NCBI GenBank assembly: GCA_036679645.1
Contig: JAZDCY010000026.1
Coordinates: 8,818 to 72,817 of the forward strand
Direction of reading: 5' to 3'
Source of the DNA: Gemmatimonadota bacterium
GTDB taxonomy: Bacteria; Gemmatimonadota; Gemmatimonadetes; Gemmatimonadales; GWC2-71-9
Length of the DNA stretch: 64,000 nucleotides
Of the stretch, positions 29,118-39,333 are shown piece after piece. Numbering within the stretch: the first letter of the stretch is position 1; each line of letters opens with the position of its first letter. The notes under the pieces were generated by a model. The model was not told the origin of the DNA and did no database searches. It worked only from the letters and a program-made list of their open reading frames with translations. The position numbers and the translations under genes were made by a program.

Positions 29118-29822
29118 CTAGGCGACGACCTTGCTGTCCGTGAGCAACTCCACCAGGACCGGTACGTGGTCGCGCACGATGTCGTCGTTCGTGGCGAGTG
29201 GGAATTCGTAGGTGACAACAGTGAGGCCGCGTTCTCCCCCCCACGTACCGAACGAGCCCGGTGTCGGATACCCCACATCCTGCACCAGCGGCAGACCGGT
29301 GCGTTTGGCTACCCACTGCCCCAACGGGCTGCTGTTGTCGTCGTCGATGCAGGCCAGCGGTGCATGCAACGCGATCGCGGCCTCCGGCTTCAACTCCTCA
29401 ATGAGTGCGATCAGCGCCCTGGTCTCCGGCTCGGATGCCGGTTCGGAACCCGGGCTCAACAGAACGTCGCTGGGATCGTCCAGCGTGGATCTGTGTGTCA
29501 CCGCCGCGGGCTGCCAGTCGACAGTTGGGAAGTTGCGGTTGAGATCGACACCCCGCGCGTTGCCGCGTGTCCCGCGCTGCAGACCGTCCGGGTTGGCAGC
29601 CAGTACCACCGCGCAGTGCGACGACGGCTCGGTGAGCTGGCGCAGTGCGCGAGACAACGCCAGCGTCGTCTCCGCTTCTTCCCCGTGTATGCCGGCGAAA
29701 ACGAGGAGCGTGCAATCACCCCTGGGTCGCCAGACCGCGAGTGGCACGCCCTGGTACGAGCGCCCGTAGTCCCCTGGCTCCATGGAGATTGTGCCCCACC
29801 GCTCCCGCGGGCGGAGGTTCAT
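29118..29822 (-). CDS. mpaA: Murein tripeptide amidase (M14, gamma-D-Glu-mDAP)
   Basis: YGRS, GIHGEE, NPDG, RGNARGVDLNRNFP, SEPET, LHAPL, GYPTPGSFG, TYEFP; no signal peptide. Confidence 0.85.
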   Translation of the reverse strand: MNLRPRERWGTISMEPGDYGRSYQGVPLAVWRPRGDCTLLVFAGIHGEEAETTLALSRALRQLTEPSSHCAVVLAANPDGLQRGTRGNARGVDLNRNFPTVDWQPAAVTHRSTLDDPSDVLLSPGSEPASEPETRALIALIEELKPEAAIALHAPLACIDDDNSSPLGQWVAKRTGLPLVQDVGYPTPGSFGTWGGERGLTVVTYEFPLATNDDIVRDHVPVLVELLTDSKVVA

Positions 29823-30517
29823 GTTACCGGCCGATTGATGTTGATCACAAACCGCTCGTAGATCTCATCCAGGTTTTCGAGCACCGTATCCTTCAACTGA
29901 ACGTCTGCCCGCTCGATCGTCGCGCGCAACACATCAGTCGTGAGTTGCTCCATATATGCCGCGGCGACGGGAGCATAACTCAGATGCCACCGCTCGGGTG
30001 CCACGCCATGCCGGTCCTCGTCGTACGGTCGAAAGAAACCGGACGCGCCGCCGGTGGCAATCCGCTCGTCGATCCAGGCGTGCAGCGGGCCGAACATCCC
30101 GCCGGGACCTACCTCTTCCGGGATCAACTCGACCTCGTATCCCTCGGGTGTGGCGTTCGCATCCCACACATCGACGTCGGTTCCCCAATGATGGCGCGAG
30201 GCACCGGATAACGCGGACCAGCGCAATATTGCAAAGACCAACTCACGCCGGCTCAACGTCTCGAGGTCCAATGGAACGGCGTGGGAATCGAGAACGGGGC
30301 GCTTGCCAGTCACCTTGTCGTTCCAGATCGCGAGCTGTCGTGCGAAGCTCCGGAATCCGGAGAGGATCTGGAGATCGAAGCCCGCCCCCTGCGCTTCGCG
30401 CTGAAGCTCATGGAAGGGCGCAACGACTTCCCAATGAACCGAAACGCCGAGCGATGTGGCGTCGGCGGGCAAGCACAGGTGCTCGTTCGTACGACCCGTC
30501 AGGATGGTCTCTATCAC
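29819..30517 (-). CDS. M15B (VanY-like) D-Ala-D-Ala carboxypeptidase
   Basis: SGFRSFARQ, SRHHWGTDVD, PERWH; stop overlaps the mpaA ATG; start uncertain. Confidence 0.88.
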   Translation of the reverse strand: MIETILTGRTNEHLCLPADATSLGVSVHWEVVAPFHELQREAQGAGFDLQILSGFRSFARQLAIWNDKVTGKRPVLDSHAVPLDLETLSRRELVFAILRWSALSGASRHHWGTDVDVWDANATPEGYEVELIPEEVGPGGMFGPLHAWIDERIATGGASGFFRPYDEDRHGVAPERWHLSYAPVAAAYMEQLTTDVLRATIERADVQLKDTVLENLDEIYERFVININRPVT

Positions 30518-30693
30518 GATGACGATGCTAGGCCGTAGCCGACGATGACGCAATCACCCCGCGTGGCTGGACTGGGCGCATGGGTCGCCGTGGCGGACCC
30601 CGTGGATTACAATGCAATGGTTCCGTCGAGAACGCGGAACGTCACAAGCGATAGCGAGGGCCCTTCACTCAGAACCCCTCCCAAGCGGAGCCC

Positions 30694-33600
30694 GTGAACC
30701 CGAACGACGCTGTTTTTGCCCCACTGTCTCGCGTAGAACTCCCGATCAGCGCCGAAGTATTCGGCATCGAACGACTCGAGCAGCACGCGGAGAGCCTGGC
30801 CGCGGCGCAGCCCACCGCCGATGACCCCTCCAAGGGACGCGCACTCCTCCCACGCGTACGTGAGAACGGGCAGGTGCTGCTCGCCGGATACCGGAACATC
30901 GTCGAGGCGGTTCGCGAAAAGAGCCAGATCACACAGGCCGAAGAGTGGATCCTCGACAACTTTCACGTCGTGGACGAGCAGGTCCGGGAGATCCGCGATC
31001 ACCTCCCGCGCAGCTACTACAAGCTCCTGCCAAAAATCACCGACGGCTACCATCTGGGGGGATATCCGCGCGTCTACGGGCTTGTGTGGGCCTACGTAGC
31101 GCATACCGACAGTCGGTTCGATGTCGAGACGCTGCAGGCATTCGTCCGGGCGTATCAGCGCGTCCAACCGCTCGGCATCGGTGAACTCTGGGCGGTCACG
31201 ATCCACCTGCGTGTGGCCCTCGTGGAGAATCTACGACGGCTGTCGGAACTGATCATCCGCGCCCGTCATGGACGCGCAATCGCGGATGCGGTTGCGGATC
31301 GTCTGCTGGGGCTCAGCGGTCGGCCGGCGGAGCGCTTGGACGACGTGCTGGGCAGTCTCGGCACCGCTCCACTGGCCAGCGCGTTTGCCGTGCAGTTGGT
31401 GCAGCGACTGCGTGACCAGGCACCATCGATCACACCCGCACTCCACTGGCTCTCCGAGAATCTAGCCGCGCAGGGGAAATCTCCCACGGACGTGGTTGCC
31501 CAGGAACATCAAGCACAGGCCGCGGCGAACATCACCGTCCGGAACATCGTCACCAGCATGCGATCGATGTCCTCGGTCAACTGGCCGGAGTTCTTCGAGA
31601 GCGTCAGCCTGGTGGACAAGGTCTTCCGCTCCATCCCAGGGTTCGCGTCCATGGACTTTGCCACCCGGGACAAGTACCGGGCGGCCGTCGAGGAGTTATC
31701 CCGGGGTTCGCGACAATCCGAACTCGAGGTGGCACGCGAGGCGGTGACGCTGGCCGGCGAGGCACGTGGCGAACGAGAGCGAGTCTCCACGAATGACCGC
31801 CAGGACGAGCAGACGATCGCACCCCAAGATCCAGCCGCCCAATTCATCGTTCCGGAATCCCGCGAGGAAGACCCGGGATATTATCTCGTCTCCCGTGGCA
31901 GGTGGGCGTTCGAGAAGCGAGTGGGTTATCGCGTTCCGCTGCGAGTTCGCATCCGCCGCGCGTGGCGCGCCCACGCGGTGGTAGGATACTTCGGCGCGAT
32001 CGCCGTGCTCACGGCACTCGTGCTCTCCGGCCCGTTGCTCGTGACGTCGAACGCGGGCGCGAGCACACCAATCCTCATCCTACTCACAATCCTCGCGCTC
32101 GTGCCCGCTTCCGAGATAGCGGTCGCTCTCGTCCATCGCCTGGTGACTTTTGTCGTTCCACCCCGGTTGCTTTCCAAGCTCGAGCTAGCTCGCGGCGTCC
32201 CGGCGGAGCTGCACACCATGGTTGTCGTGCCGACGCTGCTCACGAGCCGCGCGGACATCGAAGAGTCCATCGAACGGCTGCAGGTTCACTACTTGGCAAA
32301 TCCCATCGGCCATCTCCACTTCGCACTCCTGACCGACTGGAAGGACGCACGTCACGAGCACATGCCCGGCGACGACGATCTCGTGGCAGTGCTGGCCGAC
32401 GGGATCGCGCGCCTGAACGAGCGATACGGGGAGCCGCCTGGCGGCGGGCAACGATTCACGGCGTTGCATAGGCGGCGCGAGTGGAACCAGAAGGAAGGCA
32501 AGTGGATTGGCTGGGAACGCAAACGCGGGAAGTTGCACGAACTGAATCGGCTGTTGCGCGGTGCCACCGACACAACGTTCATCCCGATCGACGGTACACC
32601 GCCCACCGTACCCGATGGCGTTCGCTACGTCATCACACTCGATGCCGACACGCGGCTTCCGCGATCGGCTGCCTACCGGCTCATTGGAGCCATGGCGCAC
32701 CCGTTGAACCGACCGCAGTTCGATCCGGAGTCCGGACGGGTCATCGAGGGATACGCGATCCTCCAGCCACGCATCGCGCCGTCCCTCCCCACGGGCCCGG
32801 GCAGCACGATGTACCAGCGCATCGTCTCTGGACCCGGCGGCGTGGACCCCTATGCGGCCGCGGTCTCGGATGTCTATCAGGACCTGTTCGGAGAGGGATC
32901 GTATACGGGAAAAGGGATCTACGACGTCGATGCGTTCGAGGCGGCGCTCGCGGGACGCGTCCCGGAAAACGCGCTCCTCAGCCACGACCTCTTCGAGGGG
33001 CTCTTCGCGCGCGCCGGGCTCGTGACCGATGTCGATCTGTTCGAGGAGTTTCCCACCAACTACGAGGTCGCCGTCCGCCGCCATCACCGCTGGGTACGCG
33101 GTGACTGGCAGCTTCTCCCCTGGATCCTCGGCCACGAGCGCATCAAGCCCGCGGGGAAGCGAGCGCGCATTCCAGCGCACGGCCGGTGGAAGATGCTCGA
33201 CAACCTGCGCCGCAGCCTCTCTGCCCCCTCATCGCTCCTGCTCGGCATCGCCGCATGGACCGTTCCCACCGTCCCGCCGCTGCTGTGGACGAGCTTGTTC
33301 CTGATCGCTCTCGTGTTGCCCGCGTTCATGCCGGTGCTCGACGGTCTGATTCCCAAACGCCAGGGATTCTCGAAACGAAGCCACCTGAGCGCCACGGGTA
33401 GGGACGTGCAGGTCGCGTCGCTGCAGGCGCTGCTGGCTGTCACGACGCTGGCACACCAGGCCCGCTACATGACGGACGCGGTCGCGCGCACCGTCGGGCG
33501 ACTCTACCTCACCAAACGCCATCTCCTCGAGTGGGTCCCCGCCGCGCAGGCTGCGTATGGAGTCGACCTGCGGCTCCGCACCTTTTATGGGCACCTTCGC

Positions 33601-36600
33601 TGGAGCGTCGTCCTCGCCGCGAGCGCCGGCGTGCTGTCCGCCATTTCCAAGCCGGGGGCGTGGCCGGTCGCGGGACCGCTGGTGCTCCTCTGGATCCTGG
33701 CGCCGGTTCTCACGTGGCGGCTCAGTCTTCCGCGGAGGCCCGCCGAGCGCCAACGCCTGTCGCCCAATGAGACACGTGCGTTGCGGCTCGTCGCACGACG
33801 GTCTTGGCGTTTCTTCGAAACGTTCGTAAACGATGAAGAACGCGCGCTCCCGCCCGACAACTTCCAGGAAGACCCGGAACCGGTCGTTGCCCACCGCACC
33901 TCGCCCACCAACATGGGGCTGTACCTCCTGAGCACCATGGTGGCACACGACTTTGGCTGGATAGGAATCCTGGACATGGTCCAACGGCTCGAGGCCACGC
34001 TGCATACCATGACCGGCCTCCGCCGTTTCCACGGGCACTTCGTAAACTGGTACGACACGAGAGATCTGCGGCCGTTGGAGCCCCTGTATATCTCCACCGT
34101 GGACAGCGGCAATCTGGCGGGGCATCTCATCGCATTGGCACAAGGGTGCCGCCAGTTCACTCGTCAACCGCTGCTGGGCCCCCAGATACTCGAGGGGATC
34201 CGCGACGCGCTGCAGCCGGTACTCGACTCGGCCGAAAAGGCCGCGTTTCACCCGCGCGCGGAAACGGTCACGGGCCCGCAGGCTCGTGAGGCGTTGGAGG
34301 CAGTGGCTTCCCTGCTGGACGATCCCCCGACGTCGCAATCAGAATGGGTTCGCCGGTTCGATGAATTGGAGACCCGCGCGGAGAATCTCCTGGACATTGC
34401 TCACACGCTGTCGACCAGCATCGAGGGCAAGTCCGAATCGGAGATCCTCGTCTGGGCGACGGCCGTGCGCGACACCGTCCGCAGCCATGCGCGCGATCTC
34501 GCGATGCTTCGCTCGGAAACCGATGAGGCATCTGAGGCGACGACCGCCACGCTCGAACACCGTCTCTCCGCCCTCGCGCTCCAGGCGGGACAGATGGCCC
34601 GCGCGATGGACTTCCGATTCCTGTTCGACCCGTCGCGCAAGCTGTTCTCGATCGGTTTCCGTGTGGCCGACAACACGCACGACCCCAGCAGCTACGATCT
34701 GTTGGCCTCGGAGGCGAGACTGGCGAGTTTCGTGGCCATCGCCAAGGGGGATGTCTCGCCACGACACTGGTTTCTCTTGGGCCGCGCCCTCACACCGGTA
34801 GGACGCGGCGCAGCGCTGATCTCGTGGTCGGGATCGATGTTCGAGTACCTCATGCCGCTCCTCGTCATGGAGCAGCCCGCCAGTAGCCTGCTCGATCTGA
34901 CCTGTCGCCTTGTGGTTGAGCGACAGATTCGCTATGGCGCGGAACGGGGCGTCCCCTGGGGAGTATCCGAGTCGGCGTACAACGTGCGCGACGTCGAGCT
35001 TACGTATCAGTATTCCGACTTCGGCGTGCCTGGTCTGGGACTCAAGCGCGGGCTATTCGAGGACGTGGTAGTAGCACCCTACGCTACGGCACTCGCGGCC
35101 ATGGTAAACGCAAGAGCCGTCGTTGACAACATGGCTCGTCTGGAGGAAGCGGGAGCGCGCGGCAGCTACGGATTTTACGAGGCGTTGGATTTCACACCGT
35201 CGCGCTTGCCCGAGAAGCAAGAGGTGGCCGTCGTGCGCGCGTACATGGCCCACCATCAGGGAATGACGATCGTCGCGTTGGGGAATGTCGTTCATGGCGG
35301 TCTGACCCAAAGACGGTTCCACGCGAATCCCACGATCCAGGCGGCGGAGTTGTTGCTGCAGGAACGCACGCCACGTGCGGTGGCCGTGGCGCGGCCGCGC
35401 GGCGAGGAAGTGCAGGTGGCCGCCCACGTCCGTGAATTGGTGCCACCGACCTTGCGACGCTTCGAATCGCCGCACGACATATCGCCGCGTACCCATCTGC
35501 TCTCGAATGGCCGGTACGTGGTCATGGTAACCGCGGCTGGCTCCGGCTTCAGCCGGTGGCGTAACCTTGCCGTTACTCGATGGCGTGAGGACACGACACG
35601 CGACAGCTGGGGCACATTCATCTTCCTGCGGGATGTGAAGACCGGCGACGTCTGGTCTGCCGGATTCCACCCGAGCGGCACCGAAGTGGATCACTACAGC
35701 GTGGTCTATGCGGAAGATCGGGCCAAGATCATGCAGCGCGACCGATCGCTGTCGACGACGCTCGAGATCGTGGTCTCGCCCGAAGACGACGCCGAGTTGC
35801 GCCAGCTCACCGTGACCAACCTGGAAACCCGTGATCGAGAGATCGATGTCACCTCCTATCTCGAGGTGGCGCTTGCGCCGCAGGCGGCGGACGAGGCGCA
35901 TCCCGTCTTCTCGAATCTCTTCGTGGAAACCGAGTTCGTGCCCCGGTTCGACACGCTTCTGGCCACTCGTCGCCCGCGTTCGGCTGACGAGGTCACGCCG
36001 TGGCTGGCTCACCTCGCCGCGATCGAGGGGGAAACGGTGGGCGCCTGCCAGTACGAGAGCGATCGCGCCCGCTTTCTCGGTAGAGGTCGCGCGATCCGTG
36101 CACCGCTCTCGGTGATCGAGGGAGAGCCACTCACGAACAGTGAAGGAGCGGTGCTGGATCCGATCATGAGTCTCCGCTACCGGATCGCAATTCCGTCCGG
36201 CGGCACCGTCCGTATCGTGTTCACCACGCTGGTGGCACCCACCCGCGACGAAGCCCTCGATGTCGCGGAGAAGTACCGCCACGTCGGAACGTTCGAGCGT
36301 GAGAGCTCGCTGGCGTGGATGTACGCGCAGGTCCAGTTGCACCATCTCCGGATCACGCAGGACGAGGCGCATCTCTTCCAACGGCTCGCCAATCGCCTGC
36401 TGTACAGCGATCCCACCCTGCGCGCGACGCCACAGGACCTGGCTACCAACCGTCTCGGGCCGTCCGGGCTTTGGGCTCACGGCATCTCGGGCGATCTGCC
36501 AATCGCGGTCGTGCGCGTCGAGCGGGAGGAAGAGCGGGACGTCGCGCGACAGCTGCTGCGAGCCCACGAGTACTGGCGTCTGAAAGGGATCGCCGCCGAC

Positions 36601-39327
36601 CTGGTGATCCTCAACGCGAAAGGACCGTCCTACGCGCAGGGTTTTCAGGAAGCCTTTGAAGCGATGGTGCGTGCGAGCCAGTCGGCACTCGGCCACGAAG
36701 CGGACGGGAAACACGGGGACGTATACGTCCTGCGCGAGGACCTGCTGCCCCCACAGGACCTCGTGTTGCTACGGGCGGCGGCACGCGTGCTCATCTTGGC
36801 CAGCAACGGAACGCTGTCCGAGCACGTGATCCGGGTGCAGCGCGTGCGACCCGGACCGGTACCCCCTCGGCTCCGGGCGGCACGCGAGCAAGGGGAGTCC
36901 GTTGCTCCAACGACACCGGATCTCGCATTCTTCAACGGCCTGGGTGGATTCACCTCTGATGGCCGCGAGTACGTGACCGTGCTCGGCCAAGGACAGTGGA
37001 CGCCAGCTCCCTGGATCAACGTCGTGGCGAACTCGGCGTTCGGCTTCCAGGTTTCCGAGTCGGGATCGGGCTACAGCTGGTCGGTCAACAGCCGCGAGAA
37101 CAAGCTGACACCATGGTCGAATGACCCAGTTGGCGACCCGTCAGGCGAGGCCTTCTACGTGCGCGATCGGGACAGTGGCCTGCTCTGGGGCCCGACTTGT
37201 CTTCCCATTCGCGAACACGCTACGCCTTACGTGGTCCGGCACGGCCAGGGGTACAGTCGCTTCGAGCACACGTCCCACGGCATCGCCCTCGATCTGTTGC
37301 AACTCGTGCCGCCGCGCGACCCCGTCAAGATCTCGCGGCTCGTAATCGTGAACGAATCGAGTCGCACACGCCGTCTTTCGATCACGGCGTATGTGGAATG
37401 GGTGCTCGGGGTCACGCGCAGCCGCTCCGCACCACACGTGGTCACGGAGACCGATCCCGCGACAAGCGCAATCTTCGCCCGTAACGCCTGGAACGGTGAG
37501 TTCGCGCACCGGGTCGCATTTGCCGACCTCGGCGGGAGGCAGACGTCGTGGACCGGTGACCGGTTGGAGTTCCTGGGCCGCAACGCGACCCTCGACCACC
37601 CCACCTCACTCGAGCGGGGCACGGAGTTGTCGGGAAATACCGGCGCCGGCCTCGATCCGTGTGCCGCGTTGCAGACGACGGTGGAGCTCGAGCCCGGCGA
37701 ACGCACGGAGGTGCTGTTCCTGCTGGGACAAGGGGAGAGCGCCGCGCAGGCACGAACGCTGGTCGAACGGTATCGCGGGACGCAATGCGAAGCCCTGCTG
37801 CGCGAAGTCGAGGAACAATGGGACGGGGTGCTCGGGACGGTAGAAGTGCGGACACCGGACCCGTCAATGGACCTGCTGCTCAATCGTTGGCTCGTCTACC
37901 AGACACTCTCGTGTCGTCTCTGGTCGCGCTCCGCGTTCTATCAGGCAGGTGGCGCATACGGGTTTCGCGATCAGCTACAGGATGTTATGGCGTTGCTGGT
38001 GGCGCGGCCCGATCTTGCGCGTGCGCAGATCGTGCGCGCAGCCGCACAACAGTTCCCCGAGGGCGACGTCCAGCACTGGTGGCATCCCCCCACCGGACGC
38101 GGTGTCCGCACGCGCATCTCCGACGACCGCCTCTGGCTCGTGTATGCGGTCATGCAGTACTTGCGCGTCACCGAGGACTGGGACGTGCTCGACGAACTCG
38201 TCCCCTGGCTGGAAGGACCGCTCCTGCAAGAGCACCAGCAGGAATCCTACTTCGAGCCCACCGTTTCAGACGAACGAGAGACACTCTACGAGCATTGTGC
38301 CCGGGCGTTGGACAGGAGTCTCGACGTGGGGAGCCACGGCCTCCCATTGATTGGCGCGGGCGACTGGAACGACGGCATGAACCGTGTCGGTAAAGAGGGA
38401 CGCGGAGAGAGCGTGTGGTTGGGGTGGTTTCTCCATATGAATTTGCGCGAGTTTGCGCGGGTTGCCGACCGCCGCACAGAGAAGAAACGGGCGGCGCGGT
38501 GGGAAAAGGCAGCCAACTCGCTGGCGCGCGCTCTGGACACGCACGCATGGGACGGGGAATGGTACACGCGCGCGTTTTTCGACGACGGGACGCCACTTGG
38601 ATCGACGCGCAACGACGAGTGCCAGATCGACTCGATTGCCCAATCGTGGGCGGTCCTCTCCGGTGCCGGCAATCAGGAGCGCGCACGCAAGGCAATGGAT
38701 TCGGTAGACCGGCGCCTGGTCCGCCGGGAGGACGGGCTGGTACTCCTGTTTACACCGCCGTTCGACAAGACGGCGCTGGATCCCGGTTACATCAAGGGAT
38801 ACGTCCCCGGCATCCGTGAGAACGGCGGGCAGTATACCCACGCGGCAGTCTGGTCGGTCATGGCATTCGCCAAGCTAGGTAACGGAGACAAGAGCTTCGA
38901 GTTGTTCAGCCTGCTCAACCCAATTCACCACGCGAGCCGTCGCGCGAGCGCACAACGGTACAAGGTGGAACCCTATGTAGTCGCCGCGGATATCTACTCT
39001 TCTCCCTCTCACAGTGGGCGAGGAGGCTGGACGTGGTACACCGGGGCAGCGGCCTGGCTCTACCGTGCCGGCCTCGAGTCGATCCTCGGGTTCCGTAAAC
39101 ACGGGTCGTCGCTTCGTATCGACCCGTGCATTCCGCGGGAGTGGAAGAGCTTCGAGATCACCTACCGTCACGGCGGCACGCGCTACCACATTGCCGTGGA
39201 GAATCCAGACGGCGTCTGCCGCGGCGTGGTGCGCGTCACCTTGGACGGTACGCTCCTGGGCGGAGACGCACGCATTCCGTTATCCGACGACGGTGGCGAG
39301 CACCGTGTGGTGGTCGTTCTGGGTTAG
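30694..39327 (+). CDS. ndvB: Cyclic beta-1,2-glucan synthase (GT84 with GH94 phosphorylase C-terminus)
   Basis: 2877 aa; WERKRGKL, ITLDADT, SHDLFEG, RWVRGDWQL, PPDNFQE, YDLLASEARL, QAGGAYGFRDQLQD, GDWNDG, ENGGQYTH. Confidence 0.93.
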   Translation: MNPNDAVFAPLSRVELPISAEVFGIERLEQHAESLAAAQPTADDPSKGRALLPRVRENGQVLLAGYRNIVEAVREKSQITQAEEWILDNFHVVDEQVREIRDHLPRSYYKLLPKITDGYHLGGYPRVYGLVWAYVAHTDSRFDVETLQAFVRAYQRVQPLGIGELWAVTIHLRVALVENLRRLSELIIRARHGRAIADAVADRLLGLSGRPAERLDDVLGSLGTAPLASAFAVQLVQRLRDQAPSITPALHWLSENLAAQGKSPTDVVAQEHQAQAAANITVRNIVTSMRSMSSVNWPEFFESVSLVDKVFRSIPGFASMDFATRDKYRAAVEELSRGSRQSELEVAREAVTLAGEARGERERVSTNDRQDEQTIAPQDPAAQFIVPESREEDPGYYLVSRGRWAFEKRVGYRVPLRVRIRRAWRAHAVVGYFGAIAVLTALVLSGPLLVTSNAGASTPILILLTILALVPASEIAVALVHRLVTFVVPPRLLSKLELARGVPAELHTMVVVPTLLTSRADIEESIERLQVHYLANPIGHLHFALLTDWKDARHEHMPGDDDLVAVLADGIARLNERYGEPPGGGQRFTALHRRREWNQKEGKWIGWERKRGKLHELNRLLRGATDTTFIPIDGTPPTVPDGVRYVITLDADTRLPRSAAYRLIGAMAHPLNRPQFDPESGRVIEGYAILQPRIAPSLPTGPGSTMYQRIVSGPGGVDPYAAAVSDVYQDLFGEGSYTGKGIYDVDAFEAALAGRVPENALLSHDLFEGLFARAGLVTDVDLFEEFPTNYEVAVRRHHRWVRGDWQLLPWILGHERIKPAGKRARIPAHGRWKMLDNLRRSLSAPSSLLLGIAAWTVPTVPPLLWTSLFLIALVLPAFMPVLDGLIPKRQGFSKRSHLSATGRDVQVASLQALLAVTTLAHQARYMTDAVARTVGRLYLTKRHLLEWVPAAQAAYGVDLRLRTFYGHLRWSVVLAASAGVLSAISKPGAWPVAGPLVLLWILAPVLTWRLSLPRRPAERQRLSPNETRALRLVARRSWRFFETFVNDEERALPPDNFQEDPEPVVAHRTSPTNMGLYLLSTMVAHDFGWIGILDMVQRLEATLHTMTGLRRFHGHFVNWYDTRDLRPLEPLYISTVDSGNLAGHLIALAQGCRQFTRQPLLGPQILEGIRDALQPVLDSAEKAAFHPRAETVTGPQAREALEAVASLLDDPPTSQSEWVRRFDELETRAENLLDIAHTLSTSIEGKSESEILVWATAVRDTVRSHARDLAMLRSETDEASEATTATLEHRLSALALQAGQMARAMDFRFLFDPSRKLFSIGFRVADNTHDPSSYDLLASEARLASFVAIAKGDVSPRHWFLLGRALTPVGRGAALISWSGSMFEYLMPLLVMEQPASSLLDLTCRLVVERQIRYGAERGVPWGVSESAYNVRDVELTYQYSDFGVPGLGLKRGLFEDVVVAPYATALAAMVNARAVVDNMARLEEAGARGSYGFYEALDFTPSRLPEKQEVAVVRAYMAHHQGMTIVALGNVVHGGLTQRRFHANPTIQAAELLLQERTPRAVAVARPRGEEVQVAAHVRELVPPTLRRFESPHDISPRTHLLSNGRYVVMVTAAGSGFSRWRNLAVTRWREDTTRDSWGTFIFLRDVKTGDVWSAGFHPSGTEVDHYSVVYAEDRAKIMQRDRSLSTTLEIVVSPEDDAELRQLTVTNLETRDREIDVTSYLEVALAPQAADEAHPVFSNLFVETEFVPRFDTLLATRRPRSADEVTPWLAHLAAIEGETVGACQYESDRARFLGRGRAIRAPLSVIEGEPLTNSEGAVLDPIMSLRYRIAIPSGGTVRIVFTTLVAPTRDEALDVAEKYRHVGTFERESSLAWMYAQVQLHHLRITQDEAHLFQRLANRLLYSDPTLRATPQDLATNRLGPSGLWAHGISGDLPIAVVRVEREEERDVARQLLRAHEYWRLKGIAADLVILNAKGPSYAQGFQEAFEAMVRASQSALGHEADGKHGDVYVLREDLLPPQDLVLLRAAARVLILASNGTLSEHVIRVQRVRPGPVPPRLRAAREQGESVAPTTPDLAFFNGLGGFTSDGREYVTVLGQGQWTPAPWINVVANSAFGFQVSESGSGYSWSVNSRENKLTPWSNDPVGDPSGEAFYVRDRDSGLLWGPTCLPIREHATPYVVRHGQGYSRFEHTSHGIALDLLQLVPPRDPVKISRLVIVNESSRTRRLSITAYVEWVLGVTRSRSAPHVVTETDPATSAIFARNAWNGEFAHRVAFADLGGRQTSWTGDRLEFLGRNATLDHPTSLERGTELSGNTGAGLDPCAALQTTVELEPGERTEVLFLLGQGESAAQARTLVERYRGTQCEALLREVEEQWDGVLGTVEVRTPDPSMDLLLNRWLVYQTLSCRLWSRSAFYQAGGAYGFRDQLQDVMALLVARPDLARAQIVRAAAQQFPEGDVQHWWHPPTGRGVRTRISDDRLWLVYAVMQYLRVTEDWDVLDELVPWLEGPLLQEHQQESYFEPTVSDERETLYEHCARALDRSLDVGSHGLPLIGAGDWNDGMNRVGKEGRGESVWLGWFLHMNLREFARVADRRTEKKRAARWEKAANSLARALDTHAWDGEWYTRAFFDDGTPLGSTRNDECQIDSIAQSWAVLSGAGNQERARKAMDSVDRRLVRREDGLVLLFTPPFDKTALDPGYIKGYVPGIRENGGQYTHAAVWSVMAFAKLGNGDKSFELFSLLNPIHHASRRASAQRYKVEPYVVAADIYSSPSHSGRGGWTWYTGAAAWLYRAGLESILGFRKHGSSLRIDPCIPREWKSFEITYRHGGTRYHIAVENPDGVCRGVVRVTLDGTLLGGDARIPLSDDGGEHRVVVVLG

Positions 39328-39333
39328 CCCACG

